Source: Eledone cirrhosa (lineage: Eukaryota). Taken from it: DNA of 64,000 nucleotides. Position 1 is the first letter of the stretch. Each line of letters opens with the position of its first letter. A model generated the notes under the pieces. The model had not been told where the DNA came from, made no database searches, and saw only the letters and a list, made by a program, of their open reading frames with translations. This document shows, piece by piece, positions 36,702 to 61,362 of this stretch. The DNA lies in the NCBI GenBank assembly GCA_964016885.1, contig OZ024752.1, positions 9,796,001 to 9,860,000 of the forward strand, written 5' to 3'. Made by a program: the position numbers and the translations under genes.

Positions 36702-37600
36702 GGTGGATTGGCAGTATCGGTAGATGGTCGGACGCCATGCTTTCCAGCATAGTTACGTCCCTTTACGATCTGAGTTCAAATCCCGCCGAGGTTGACTTTG
36801 CTTTTCATCCTTACGGGGTCGATAAAATAAAGTACCAGTAATGCACTGGGTAATTGCTGGCTTTGTGCCTAAAGTAGAAACAATTATTATGTTTTTAAAT
36901 CCCGCCGAGGTTGGCTTTGCCTTTTATCATTACGGGGTCGATAAAATAAAGTACCAGTAATTCACTGGAGTTGATTTAATCGACTTTTCTCTCCCCTTCA
37001 AATAACTGGCACTGTGCCCATAATAGAAATAATTATTATCTTTATCATGGCGGTGAATTGGCATTATCGGTAGAGGGTCGGACGCCATGCTTTGCAGCAT
37101 AGAGTTACGCCCTTTATGATCTGAGTTAAAATCCCGCCGAGGTTAACTTTGCCTTTCATCTTTACGGGAGGGGGTCGATAAAATAAAGTACCATTCATGC
37201 ACTGGGGCCAATTTAATCGACTTACCCCTCCCCCAAAATTGCTGGCCTGTGCCAAAAGTAGAAACAATTATGTTACACAGGGAGGTGGTTTGGCAGTATC
37301 GGTGGAGGGTCGGACCAAATGCTTTTCAGCATAGAGTTACGTCCCTTTGCGGTCTGAGTTCAAATCCTGTCGAGGTTAACTTTGCCTTTCATCCTTACGG
37401 GGTCGATAAAATAAAGTACCAGTAATGCACTGGGTAATTGCTGGCTTTATGCCTAAAGTAGAAACAATTATGTTTTTAAATCCCGCCGAGGTTAGCTATG
37501 CCTTTTATCATTACGGGGAGGGGGGGGGGGGTCGATAAAATAAAGTACCAGTAATACACTGAGATAATTGCTGGTCTTGTGCCAAAGGTAGAAAGAATTA
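36702..37600 (+). mobile_element. Head-to-tail array of 5 SINE family 1 copies or half-copies
   Basis: Full copies alternate with 5'-truncated ones that start at ttatgtttttaaatcccgccgagg (36888 and 37469). Confidence 0.9.
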
Positions 37601-38689
37601 TATCACTTTGCCGTAAAATTTGCGGATGAAAGATGGAAAATGTTTCTATATTGATGCTGCTGAGTAGAGACCTGTCAGGAAATAAACGCAAAGATTCACA
37701 AATAAGATTAGAATTGGGTTTTTCGATTCGTTTACAAGCAAATAGCCTCATTAGCCTTTGTTTTTTGGCTGACCATCGCCATTATTTTGTTCAACTGGTG
37801 GCAGAAGGAAACAATATGCAATATTGTTTCGGGGTACTTTTCTTCATGGTAGTCTCCCTTTGGGTGTTTAGCGGTTGTCAGGTCTGTGATTATAATAGCA
37901 ATAATTAAAATATGTAACAGTGTATTGACGGGTAGTGTTCATTAATTCTCTGTACCAAGTGTATAATTTTCTGGTGAAGATTTGCTTCCTGTTTTTCAGA
38001 AAACGATTATATAGCTACTAATGAATTAAAACTGACAATCTGCGAAATATTTAACTGCAAATTACAGAATTCGTTCCAGTGCTGATTGGATGTTTCTTTT
38101 TTATTTCAAGAGCATCTTATAATAATTTAATGGATATACACATTTGATTATAAGTGATATAATAACAAGACGCTATTGAAATACACAATGTCGAATATAT
38201 GGCAAATGTTAGAGTGTAGATGTTTGTTATTCATATATTAGACATATTCATATTAATGGAATATACTACTAACATATTTCATATACAATCTTATTTCTGA
38301 AGAAAGTCTAAAATAGATTAAAAGAAGTGGAGTGGTTCGCCAGCGCGTAAATATACGTTAATGTATTTTATGATAGTAATTATTCTAAGCCGACATGTTG
38401 TTACCTCGCAGCAAACATTTCTGAATACACTGAGGAATAATTACATATAGCAAGGCAATACAACGCCAATTATACTAATAACTTATTTTGTGGTATCACA
38501 AATAACCTACATAAGACTTTGATATCATCATAACCATGCACCATCACAAGATATTCCATTGCAATTGTGCACCAATAATAAATACATTTCGATTCTCTGT
38601 AGGTCAATAAATGACGGTTTATTGGTGAATTAACAGTCACAGTAGTGACACTTGGCTAATTCTTCGCTTGTGAAGATCACAGGGAAGAA

Positions 38690-39218
38690 TTGTCCTATTC
38701 CATGAGGTGACTGTAGAGTCTAATCCTGGACCAGGAGGCTCTGGCACATTTGGGGCAATTGTGTACTTAGTTAGTTGGTAATTGGGTGGTGGACAGCTTT
38801 CTTCTTTGATGTTTGTCTTCAGCTGCCGCCTTCCTGTCCTCCTCAGAGCTAGCTTCAGGTGCTGTAGTGTTCCCCCTCCATTTCTCTCTGTCTTCTGCCA
38901 GGTGTTCCCATTCCCTCTGATCAATATTGCGTTGGAGGAGCTGGCGCTTGAGCTGATCCTTGAAGCGTTTTAGGGGGGAGGGGCTGATTTCACTTGCCTT
39001 GACGTAGTTTGTATGGAAAAATACCTTTGGCATCCTAGAGTCATTCATACGCTACCCAGCAAAGCTGTCTCAGAATCAGCAGGCTCTCAGTGCATGTGAT
39101 GTCGGCCGTCTTGAGCACTTTCTTGTTTCTTACATAGTCCTACTAAAAGATACCCAAGATAGAGTGAAGGGATTGTTGACTGAATTTTTTCAGTAGCTTG
39201 ATTTGCTACCGGTACAGG
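38690..39218 (-). mobile_element. RTE-BovB-like LINE 3' fragment with terminal C2H2-like motif
   Basis: Reads MNDSRMPKVF...KRFKDQLK...WEHLAEDREKWR...CPKCAR...IRLYSH. Confidence 0.8.
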
Positions 39219-39754
39219 CCGCAGTAGTGACAATCACATTACTATATCTACTAGAGCTAGTTCACATGTACAATAATTGTTTCTACTTTAGGCACAAGGC
39301 CAGCAATTACCCAGTGCATTACTGGTAAAATAATCCTGGTTAAACAGAATAGACTTTGGATCAAAGAACAACATTTACAATAACGAGGCTGCAAATTGAT
39401 AAAATCGTTAGAACGACCGATAGAATCTGTTTTGGCATTCGTTTCAGCTCTCTCTTCTCTGAGTTCAAATCCCAGCTCCAAGTTTGCCTTATATCCTTCC
39501 GAAGTCGATAAACATTTACCAGTCAAACACTGGCGTCAATTCTTCTTTTATATCACTTTCTCACTTCTATTCTATTTCTTCTCTATCCTTCTCTGGACGA
39601 AATCTGCGAATATATTTCTAGAGTATCGTTTGCAATACCTCAGTCAAGTAACAATGGCGAATTAGGAACAAACACACAGCGTCATATCTACATTTCCAAT
39701 TCCGTTCCGGTGTGATAGTCCATAATATAGTATGACAACAATCATAATATAACT

Positions 39755-40237
39755 GTTTCTATTTTTGGCACAAGGCCAGCAATTAACAGAGCATTACTGG
39801 TACTTTATTTTATCGACCCCGTAAGGATGAAAGTCAAAGTTAACCTCGGCGGGATTTGAACTCAGACCATAAAGGGCCGTAACTCTATGCGTCAAAGCAT
39901 AGCGTCCGACCCTCTACCGATATAATAAAGGGAGCGGAACTGTGTCCTGAATATACTTTTTTATCCCGTTAGTAAAATATGTTGGATGATTGAATGTTAC
40001 ATAATTTATCTACTAAATTTCGTAGCTGTTGATTACATATAAATATTCTTATATATAATTGTTTCTACTTTAGGCACAAGGCCAGCAATTACCAGTACAT
40101 TACTGGTACTTTATTTTATCGACCCGTAAAGATGAAAGGCAAAGTCAACCTCGGCGGGATTTGAACTCAGATCGTAAAGGGACGTAACTATGCTGGAAAG
40201 CATGGCGTGCGACCCTCTACCGATACTGCCAATCCAA
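39755..40237 (-). mobile_element. Two SINE family 1 copies (39755-39920 and 40058-40237)
   Basis: Consensus matches. Confidence 0.88.
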
Positions 40238-41104
40238 TGATTGCTTATTTTAAGATTCACTTCTTTTAACATTTTCAAATGCCAATACTTCCGGTTATGA
40301 TATAACGGATGTTATATCACATCACTTATATAAACGTTCATATACTTGCATCATTATATCATAACGTTTATATTTCTGTCGCTAATTTTCTCCTTTATCG
40401 ATCTCACAAAATTTTGCAGTAATGCAATTTATATATAATATCGTCTTTTTCTTATGTATCATGGATTACTTTGCTGATTACAGAAGACAATGTAACACAG
40501 TCTCTCTTCAATTTTTGTGCATTTTTGTCTCAATTACGATTTTATTTGACATATCTACATGCATATATATTTGCGTATAATATCAATATGCACACTACAC
40601 ATTCTAGCAGTCTATTTTTGCATAATTCATATTACTATACAAAATGCAAAACTAGCCTCGGCCTGTTTTTCGTTTATATATATATATATATATAAATAAC
40701 CAGAGCAATATAGTTATTACTGCAGATTATTGAAAATACATGAGATTATTGAAAATACGATGTGAGTTTATGTAAGTTTATGTAAGTTTATTGCTTAATA
40801 TATATGTAATACAGGTTTAAAATGTGTTGGCCTTGAAGAATGAACGTGCTCGGAATATAAAAATAATGTATAGAACAAGTGTTTATCTAATCATATGATT
40901 ATCTTACAACATCTGTTAAAAAGGAAGATATTTAAGTTTAAGCAGTTTATAAAATCATGCTACTTTAAATGAATTAAACATCAAATCGATATTCATAGAC
41001 TTAACGATCAATTACTTTCATGGAAGAAGAAAAGGGAAGATAAACACATTTATACACACACATATTTATATACATACACATACATTAATACATATATATA
41101 CATA

Positions 41105-41141
<37 letters not shown>

Positions 41142-41573
41142 CCATAAACACATTAATGCATATATATACATACATACTTATACATACATAAATGCAAATA
41201 TATACATACATAAATACATACATAAATAAATACAAATACATACATATACATACATATATGTTTGTATGTATGTATTTAGGAGGTAGACATAAAATTATAA
41301 ATAGACACCTTTGTACATCTTAAAAGAATTAATAAATATTAAAATATAATCAATTACAACAAATGTAGATTAAGAGAGAGATATGAACAAATTATAAGAA
41401 ACCGGGAAAAGAGAGAACAAAATTAATTCAAATAGAAATAATATTTCACCTTCAGATTTGATTATGTGTTGACATAAACAAATATAGAGATGAATGTACA
41501 ACTCGATGTATTTCATCTCGTCCATCGCATAGAATTCTTTTCTAACTTATGAAAATTCGGAATTCATTCAACT

Positions 41574-45354
<3,781 letters not shown>

Positions 45355-45554
45355 NNNNNNNNNNNNNNNNNNNNNNNNNNNNNNNNNNNNNNNNNNNNNN
45401 NNNNNNNNNNNNNNNNNNNNNNNNNNNNNNNNNNNNNNNNNNNNNNNNNNNNNNNNNNNNNNNNNNNNNNNNNNNNNNNNNNNNNNNNNNNNNNNNNNNN
45501 NNNNNNNNNNNNNNNNNNNNNNNNNNNNNNNNNNNNNNNNNNNNNNNNNNNNNN
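45355..45554. other. Assembly gap (200 N)
   Basis: Run of N. Confidence 1.
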
Positions 45555-45939
45555 CAATCCATTATTCTTTTCTCTCTATCATCAAACTTTTAAATCTCAA
45601 TACATATTAACACCCTCTCCTTCTTCGTACATATTTTTCCCTTCGTTAATTTTCAAATTCTTTTAATGTATATATTATCTTCCAACGGTTTTCAACCTCT
45701 CTATGTAAAACAATATATCTTTTCTCAGTTATAACAACTATCTCTTTTTTTCTATCATCCATCTCTCTCTCTCCACCTTCACTCTCATCTCCTCCCCTTT
45801 TTTTCATCCTTTCCACCCCCCCTCTCTAAATAAAATATTTTTTCCCAATATCACACATCAATCTAAAATTACTTCTCATATGTTGATTTAAAACTGCACT
45901 ATCCACAAGTGTTTTTTAACCTTCATATCATGTCCTCCT

Positions 45940-46008
45940 GTTTTATCTGATGAAAACACAAATATTATTGCATGATGATGTTTGTTTTTGAAATGCGCAT
46001 AATAAAAT
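45940..46008 (+). ncRNA. Type I hammerhead ribozyme (family C), second copy
   Basis: gttttat-CTGATGA-[acaaatattatt gcat gatgatgtttgt]-GAAA-tgcgca-TA-ataaaat, with a 7-bp stem I. Confidence 0.85.
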
Positions 46009-46127
46009 ACATGGAACTCCTTTAACCATCTTTTGATCTTATATATTATGTATACTCCAGTCCTACAAACTGTAGAGTGCTTCTTGTCCGATATCTGCAT
46101 TGCTTTATTGTACTACAATAAAACTCA

Positions 46128-52880
<6,753 letters not shown>

Positions 52881-53367
52881 TATAACAGAATTTTGTAGCT
52901 TGCTTGAAGCATTGTTTAATATAGGAAACACAAATTACAATTTGTGAAACCAACATAATGCGTTTTGAAGATTGTTAAACTTGCCATGATAACAAAAGAA
53001 TCTACCCTTAACGATCCCAGATATTTCTGTGTTTAAAACCTATTATCCAATGAGTGGCCTTATAAGAGACGTAATTTCGATCGGATGGACTTGTTTGTAT
53101 GGGAACATATTTATATTAGATATAGGGGTTAAGCTAGGTAAATCTGTTGTCTCCTACTTGGATTTCTTTCTTTAATTTCCAATTAAAATATAATTTCAAT
53201 TGGTTCAAATATGTTTTATTGTTTACGGAATTTCATACAACAAGGCTTAATCACTTTGTCTATTATATTAATAATTTGATTAGAATAAATATTATATTAG
53301 AAGCTTTGTAAATGAACTAATGAATGTTTAATACAATAGATATTGTTACTTGAAGAAGACGTAGCCG

Positions 53368-54640
53368 AGAGAAAATAAAAAAATAAAATAAAAAAATAAA
53401 AAAAAGAAAAAAAAGAAAAAAAAAAGAAAAAAGAAAAAAGAAAAAAAGAAGAAAAGAAAAGAAAAAAGAAAAGAAAAAAAAGAACAAAAAAGAAAAGAGC
53501 AGAAAAGAAGAAAGAAAAGAAGAAAGAAAAGAAGAAAGAAAAGAAGAAAGAAAAGAAGAAAGAAAAGAAGAAAGAAAAGAAGAAAGAAAAGAAGTAAAGA
53601 AATAAAATAAAAGAAGAAAAGAAGTAAAGAAATAAAATAAAAGAAGAAAAGAAAAGAAAAGAAAAGAAGAAAATAAAATAAATTAAAATAAAAGAAAAGA
53701 ACAAAAAAAGAAGAAAAGAAGAAAAGTAGAAAAGAAAAGTAGAAAAGTAAAGAAGAAAATAAGAAAAGAAGAAAATACGAAAAGAAGAAAAGAAAAGAAA
53801 ATAAGAAAAAAATAGAAAAGAAAAATAGAAAAGAAAAATAGAAAAGAAAAATAGAAAAGAAAAATAGAAAAGAAAAATAGAAAATAAAAAATAAAATAAA
53901 AAAGAAAATAAAAAAGAAAAGAAAAGAAAAGAAAGAAGAAAAGAAAAGAAAAGAAAAGAAAGAAGAAAAGAAAAGAAAAAAGAAAAGAAAAGATAAGAGA
54001 AAAAATAACAGATGCAAAGAAATGAAGAAAATAAAAAAAGAAAATAAAAGAGAAAGGAAGGAAAGAAGGAAAGAAAATGGAAGCGAAGGAAAGAAAATGG
54101 AAGCGAAGGAAAGAAAATGGAAGCGAAGAAGGAAAGAAAAAGTAAAAAAATAAAAAGTAAAAAACGAAAAAAACGAAAAAAAAAAAAAAATAAAAAAATA
54201 AAAAAATAAAAAAATAAAAAAAAAATAAAAAAAAATAAAAAAAAATAAAAAAATAAAAAATAAAAAAAAGAAAAAGAGAAAAAATAAAAAAAAAGAAAAA
54301 GAGAAAAAAGAAAAAAGAAAAAAGAAAAAAGAAAAAAGAAAAAAGAAAAAAGAAAAAAGAAAAAAGAAAAAAGAAAAAAGAAAAAAGAAAAAAGAAAAAA
54401 GAAAAAAGAAAAAAAGAAAAAATAAGTAAAAAGAAAAAAGAAAAAAAAAGAAAAAAAGAAAAAAAGAAAAAAAGAAAAAAAGAAAAAAAGAAAAAAAGAA
54501 AAAAAGAAAAAAAGAAAAAAAACGAAAAGAAGAAAAAGCAAAGACGAAGGTGAAGAAGAGAAGACGAAGATGAAGAAGGCGAAGATGAAGAAGACGAAGA
54601 TGAAGAAGACGAAGATGAAGAAGACGAAGATGAAGTAGAA
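53368..54640. repeat. ~1.2-kb purine-rich (A-rich) tract grading into GAA/GAC/GAT repeats
   Basis: aaaaaag, gaaaagaagaaa and gacgaagatgaagaa units. Confidence 0.95.
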
Positions 54641-55254
54641 TAATAATTCTAAATACAATGTTAACATGAAGAACGAGGACAACGAAACACCAGACGAGAC
54701 GACTACTTTTGTCATGATTCCAAGACGACTACTTTTGTCATGATTCCAAGACGACTCCTGAACAATGCTGAGTGCTTATTTCCTGAATATGACAGACCAC
54801 AGATCTTACTAGGTATTTATAAAGGACATAAGACTGGATTGGTAAGCCATTAAGTTGGGAGGTACAGCAGTGGCTAGAGAGGTAAACTGGGCAGGAAGAG
54901 GGAGAAGAAGGAGGCGGAGAAGAAGAAAATGAAGAATCAAAGAGGAAGACGACGAAGAGGAAAATGAAGTAGACAAAGAGGAAGAAGACCAAGAAGACAA
55001 AGATGAAGACGAAGAAGACAAAGATGAAGAAGACAAAGATGAAGAAGACAAAGATGAAGAAGACGAAGAAAATGAAGTAGACAAAGTTGAAGAAGAAGGA
55101 CAATAATTCTAAATACAATGTTAACTTGAAGAATGAGGTCAACGAAACAACAGGCGAGATGACTACTTTTGTCTTAATATTTTCTGATTTATGATTTATT
55201 TCCAAAAGAATCTATATATAAATTTGTGTGACTTCCGTCCGTCACACAATGCTG

Positions 55255-55875
55255 GTGTGTGAGTGTGTGTGTGTGAGGGAGTGTGAGTGTATGTGAGTGT
55301 GTGAGTGTGTGAGTGTAAGTGTGTGTGTCACTGTATGTGTGTGTATGTGTCTGAGCGTGTGTGCGGGTGCGCAGGAGTGTGCGAGTGCGCGCGAGTGTGA
55401 GAGTGTAAGAGTGAGAGTGTGAGTGTGTGAGTGTGAGTGTGTGAGTGTATGAGTGTGCGAGTGTGAGTGTGTGTGAGTGTGAGTGAGTGTGTGTGCGTGT
55501 ATGTATGCGTTCGTGTGCACGTGTATTTGTGTGCGCGTATCTGTGTGCACGCGTATCTGTGTGCACGCATCTATGTGTGTGTGTATGTATCTGTGCGTGT
55601 ATATCTGTACGTGTGTATGTGCGTGCGTGTATATCTGTATACGTGTATGTGTGTATGTGTGTGCGTGTGTATATCTGTGTGCGTGTGTATATCTGTGTGC
55701 GTGTGTATATCTGTGTGCGTGTATATCTGTGTGCGTGTATGTATGTGTGTGCATGTATGTGTGCATGTATGTGTGTGCATGTGTATTTCTTTGCGTGTAT
55801 ATGTGTGTGTATGTGACTATGTGTGTGTGTGACTGTATATGTGTGTGTGACTTATGTGTGTGACTATGTGTGTGT
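55255..55875. repeat. Complex (GT)n/(GAGTGT)n tract
   Basis: Direct reading. Confidence 0.95.
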
Positions 55876-56779
55876 AAGGGGAAGTAAGGGGATGGTGAAA
55901 AAAAACATTAAAAAATTCAAAAAAGCGGTTGACTTTCCATTTGCTACGTTGTGTCTGAGTATGTGTATGCGTATGTCTGTATGTGTGTGTATGTGTGTGT
56001 ATGTGTGCGTTTGTGTGAATGTATGTCTATTTGTTTGAATGTATGTTTGTGTGTCTATGTTTACGTGTTTATATTTATATACTCATACATATAAATGTAT
56101 ACATATTCACATACACACATACATATACACACGTACATATACACATACGCGTCAGCGTATTTAAAAAAATTGAAGTATAAAAAAAAAGAGCAAATAACTT
56201 GTACTAGTTTTCATTGGAAAGACATAACAATCTTTGTCACGGTAAGCGCTTTTCAAATTAATTTTCAATGAAAAGACAACAATGTGAATCTTCGGAAGTA
56301 GCGACGTAGAGTTGCGTGACCCTTCTATATATATTGGAATGAACTCAATTGTATTACACAAATGTAAAAAGAAATACATTATAAGAAAAGAAAAGATATT
56401 ATAATTTTATAAATTGAAAAATATCGTATAATGAATTAATATTCTGAATCGGAATGTAATTTGGCAAACAAAATATCAAAAAATATCAATAAAAATATAT
56501 CAAAAATATCAAAAAATGTCAAATATACATATAAACACATTGAAAATAAAATAACTAAATACATCAAATGTGATATATTTTCGAAACACTTTTTCTATAT
56601 ATACTTTCATGTATCTATTGTAAATTTATTTATTGATATAAATCTACTGAATACTAACCTATTCGTAGAAGCAAGTAGTAAATCCTACGGAACAGATTTT
56701 CTTCAACTTCTATTTAGAGGAAAGTTGGCAATCTTGGTAATTTGGTTTTTATAGATAGTTTTATCAGCATAACTATAAT

Positions 56780-56995
56780 GGTTTTTTATATAGGCTCAAG
56801 GCCAGCAATTTTTGGGGAGGGGAAAGTTGATTTAATCAACCCCAGTGCGTGACTGCTACTTCATTTTATCGACCTCGTAAGGATGAGAGGCAAAGTGAAC
56901 CTTGGCGGGATTTGAACTCATACAGTAAAAGAGCGTAACTCTATGCTGCAAAGCATGGCGTCCGACCATCTACCGATACGGCCAATCCACCGCCC
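56780..56995 (-). mobile_element. SINE family 1, long form
   Basis: Consensus match. Further decayed copies at 57860-58400. Confidence 0.85.
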
Positions 56996-57194
56996 TCACA
57001 AGCGTAACTATAATACTAAACCCTCATATCACAATTTCCATAAAGTTATACACATTCCGAAAGTATATCTAATATACAGTACGATTATAGTTCACTATCA
57101 GTTTACGGTCTTATACTCGGGATACGCTTACATATGCATAAATAGGAATTCACAATGTTTGTTACAAGTATGAAAATACACTCATGACAGGTGC

Positions 57195-57830
57195 AAAGTG
57201 TCCGAACACGGAAGAGCCAAACACCCACCGTCATCACTTCTATCTCTCTCGCCCTCCCCATCTATTTTTATAGTGAGCAAATGTGGTCCCACGTGCTGGC
57301 CGCCCCACAGCCCCGGCGACAGAAAGGAGAAGGCGTTTCCCCGGAGGATGGTAAGGTAGATGCGCTGGCCAGCTCAGCGCCTATGGTCGTGAGTAGAGAG
57401 GTATCCTAGGGCCTAGGACACCAGAAGTCTCTATTGCCAAGGGCACGACCGCAAACATGTCGGAGAGCGACCGGTATTTCGAGAGTTTGCTGTCCTCAGC
57501 CCGAAGTGTAGCGGAACCTGGGATTGTCACAGACTGCACCAGGTTGCGGCTGGAGAAATTTCCGTGCAAGTGGCATCTCAGACGAGGGGTTTGCCACCGC
57601 GGAAGGGGAAGATGTTCATACCGTCTGGCCTGTTGCTGTCCCTTTGGGCCAGCTCCACCAGCTCGAGCAGGGAGGGGTGGCCTGCAGCGTCCAAACCATG
57701 CTTTATGACCGCGTTGAGGGCGCCCGGCAATGTAGCGACAGGAAAGCGGGTGGAGGCTGAAAGAGTTCACGGTGTTTCCGCAGCGACAGATGTGTACGAC
57801 GATATTTATCGATTTCCAGGCCATCAATGT
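57195..57830 (-). mobile_element. CRE-like non-LTR retrotransposon 3' fragment (zinc knuckle + restriction-like endonuclease + 3' UTR)
   Basis: Reads CRCGNTVNSFSLHPLSC..AGR, RPDG (alternative frame), AEDSKLSKYRSL, PLAIETSGVLGP. Confidence 0.85.
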
Positions 57831-58934
57831 TAGGGGAGGAGAAAGACGATTAAATCTCACCAGTTCATTACAGATACTTTATTATATTGAATTCGTAAGG
57901 AGAAAAGGCACAGTTATACTTGTCAGAATTTGAACTCAGAGTATTGATATATTGACCTGATACAAGTCTACACTTCTATAGGTAATTCGACATTATACAT
58001 GCCTGAATCACACGTCTTATAAGTCTGGTATAACCGTTATCGACAGTGGAATCATGCAAGGTAAATCAACCATGGTCGACGTTCAGCCTGAGTGTAAAGT
58101 AAGGTAAATTCGTCAAATTCGTCCATTAACTAATAAGTTCTGTCATTCGTAATTCTGATATCATACATCTAACAATGGTCTCTACTAATAGAAGTACTAT
58201 AGACACAAGTCCAGCAAATTATAGTGGAGGGGAAAGTCGATTAAATCGACACCACTACTTACTTTATATTATCGACCCCGTAAGGATGAAACGGAAAGCT
58301 AACCTCGGCGAGATATGAACCCAGACTGTAAATCGCCGTAACTCTGTCGCGAAGCATGGTTTCCGACGCTCTACCAATATCTACCAATACATCGTCCTAA
58401 TCTTTAGTAAAATGCGAATGATGAGAAAACAGTAATCAAATTATATCAGTTCTTCACATAAAAATTAACTACCAATTTCTATCTTAAGCTTGTATCCTTT
58501 ATTTTAAAATGTAATTTAATCATTGCTAGAATCATCAACAGATCTTAAATGGTTTCTATATTAATGAAACTGATAGCATATGTGGTGTGCATATTCATAT
58601 TATATGCAAATATATAGGCATATAGATATGATATATCAAATAACATCGTAATTGACAATATGCGCAGAAATTGAAGAGGTAGTGTGTCTTGTGTAATCAG
58701 TAAAGTAATCCATGGTACATTTAAAAAAGAGGATATTATATATAAACTGCATTACGGTGAAATGTAATGAAAACGAAAAAGGAGAAAATTAGCGACAGAA
58801 ATATAAGCCTTATATAACGATGCAAATATATAAACGTTTATATAAGCGATATAATATAGCGAACGGAAGCTAACCATATGTGTAGACGTTTGAACTTTGT
58901 AAAGAAGTGAATCTAAAAAAATAAGCAATCTTTT

Positions 58935-59118
58935 GGATTGGCAGTATCGGTAGAGGGTCGGACGCCATGGTTTGAAGCATAGAGTTACCTCCCTTTATGA
59001 TGTGAGTTCAAATCCCGCCGAGGTTAACTTTGCCTTTGATCCCTACAGGGTCGATAAAATACAGTACCAGTAATGCACTGAGTAATTGCTGGCCTTGTGC
59101 CAAACGTAGAAACAATTA
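58935..59118 (+). mobile_element. SINE family 1 inside an inverted segmental duplicate
   Basis: Same flanks as 40058-40237. Confidence 0.88.
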
Positions 59119-60779
59119 TATATAAGAATATTTATGTTTAATCAACAGCTACGAAATTTAGTAGATAAATTATGTAATATTCATTCATCATTTATTCAAA
59201 GTAATCCAACTTATTTTTCTAACGGGATAAAAATATATATTTAGGACACAGTCCCGCACTCCTACCTTTATTATATTATGGTTAAATGTTTAATGTCAAA
59301 TAAGAAACCGTTAAGTTACTCTTGAACTTCAAAAGTAACTTCAAGTTGAAGGGAGGAGAATATTCAGAAAGGCCACAGCACTAGGTTAAATACTCTACTG
59401 TAATGCATTGCATTGTTGCAGGTTAACTCTTTAATTCTAACATCTTTAACTTAACATCCATCTCATTACATTTCTTAATGTTCAGTACACACTCTTACAG
59501 ACGGCGAATTTACAGAGTCGTTAGAACCTCGGATAGAATGCTTTATGGTATTCGTTCCGGGTCTCCGAGTCCAAATCCCACGCTGGTCAACTTTGTCTTT
59601 CATCCATTTCTGTTCGATAAAAAGTACCAGTCAAGTACTGAGGTCGATTCTTCCTCTATATTTCCTTCTCACCTCCAGTCTATCATTCTTTCTATCTTAC
59701 TCTGAAAAAGATCTACTGTATTCAGGCCTCGTGAGAAGATGGATACCGCCGGTTTAAACAAAAATTCTCGAGAAACGCCGTTGTCAATATGGCGCCTCTA
59801 CGACTCCAAAGCAGTTACAGGTCCATACCATACCACCATACCATACTCACTGGCACACACAAGCCACGTATGGATATACATAAAAGCACACTCACGTACA
59901 TGCAGTCTCCGCCCACCTACACACTCATCCACACAACCTTTATCTAACGAATATAATATATCATGTCAGAGTTAAAGAGGACATATGGATTCACAAGGCG
60001 GCATTTTGATATATATTTGAGAATGTTACAATATCGCACTGAAAATCTGGACAGGTAATTCTTGGCGCTGAAATTATTTCAGACCTGAAAACAAGGTGGT
60101 CAAATATTAATGTCTATAAATTACTTATTTTCTTCCATTTAAATATGAGGCTTCAGATAGATATTTTTCATAAGACTAATAATGATGATGATCATCATCA
60201 TTATCATCACAACACCATCATCGTCACCACCATCACAATCATCGTTTTGTCGCCATCATAATCATCATTACAACCACCGTGATGGACATTACAATGCGGT
60301 TTTCTTCACCAAATTTAGATTATCATCATCAAATTGTAATAATCACATTTACCATTATGGCATCATTACTTTCTTCATGATTTACGTTCAAGAGCTACGC
60401 TATACTTTATTAATTCCTAGTATAAAACTTGAGAATTTTCCTAGAATTTCATAAAATCCCAGACAACATAAATATATGAACACGAATTCTTATTGTAATT
60501 ATCATCCGGGTTTTATTTATGGTATCAGAGGAATTTAACAATGAAGTAAATTAAGCGGCTTCCGGCATTCTCGAAGAAGTCATAATAATTCTAAAGACAA
60601 TAGGCCTTCAGTCGAGTAATTGTATAATATATTGTCACTTATATTTAATAGATTATTATAAAGAATCTTTTGTTATCCGATACTTATTAATATTCTATGA
60701 TTTACATTGTTTTAATATGTTATGTGGTTGCCTCTTTCTATACAACTTACTTCCAAGTTTCATTGCCGAACAAAATATA

Positions 60780-61116
60780 ATGATTTCTACTACAGAAATA
60801 AAGCCAGCAATTTAAAATGAAGGAGCACGTCGATTAAATCATCTCCAGTGCATTACTGGTACCTTACTTTATCGACCTTGTAAGGGTGGTGGATTGGCAG
60901 TATCGGTAGAGTCGGAGGCCATGCTTTGCAACATAGAGTTACGGTCCTTTATGGTCTGAGTTCAAATCCCGCCGAGGTTAAATTTGCCTTTCATCCTTAC
61001 GGGGCGGTAAAATAAAGCATCAGTAACGTGCTGGGGTCGTTTTAATCGACTTTCCCCTCCCCCCAAATTACTGGCACTCTGCCTATACTAGAAATCATTT
61101 TATCGACCTCGTAAGC
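60780..61116. mobile_element. SINE family 1 (+, 60884-61098) nested in an older antisense SINE
   Basis: TSD tttatcgacctYgtaag at about 60868 and 61099 is itself SINE sequence. Confidence 0.8.
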
Positions 61117-61362
61117 AGAAAAGGTAAACTACTGCCCGTTGCCGAGCAAAATGTCATGATTCGAAGAACGATAGATGCTGCCAACAAAATAGTATTTGCA
61201 AGATTACTCGACTTGTTAGAAAAAACAGGCTAATCTCCATTTCCCAATGTCGATTTCTTATTAAATCGTGAACCAGAGACGTTAGATAAGGCAATTATGC
61301 AAACAAGCCTCAATTTTATAGCCATGTCAGTAGAATGAACCCTTCATTCTTGCTCTTGTGTT

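Noticed and set aside
53297-54715. 472-aa Phe/Ser-rich ORF
   Set aside because: Antisense reading of the poly-purine tract.
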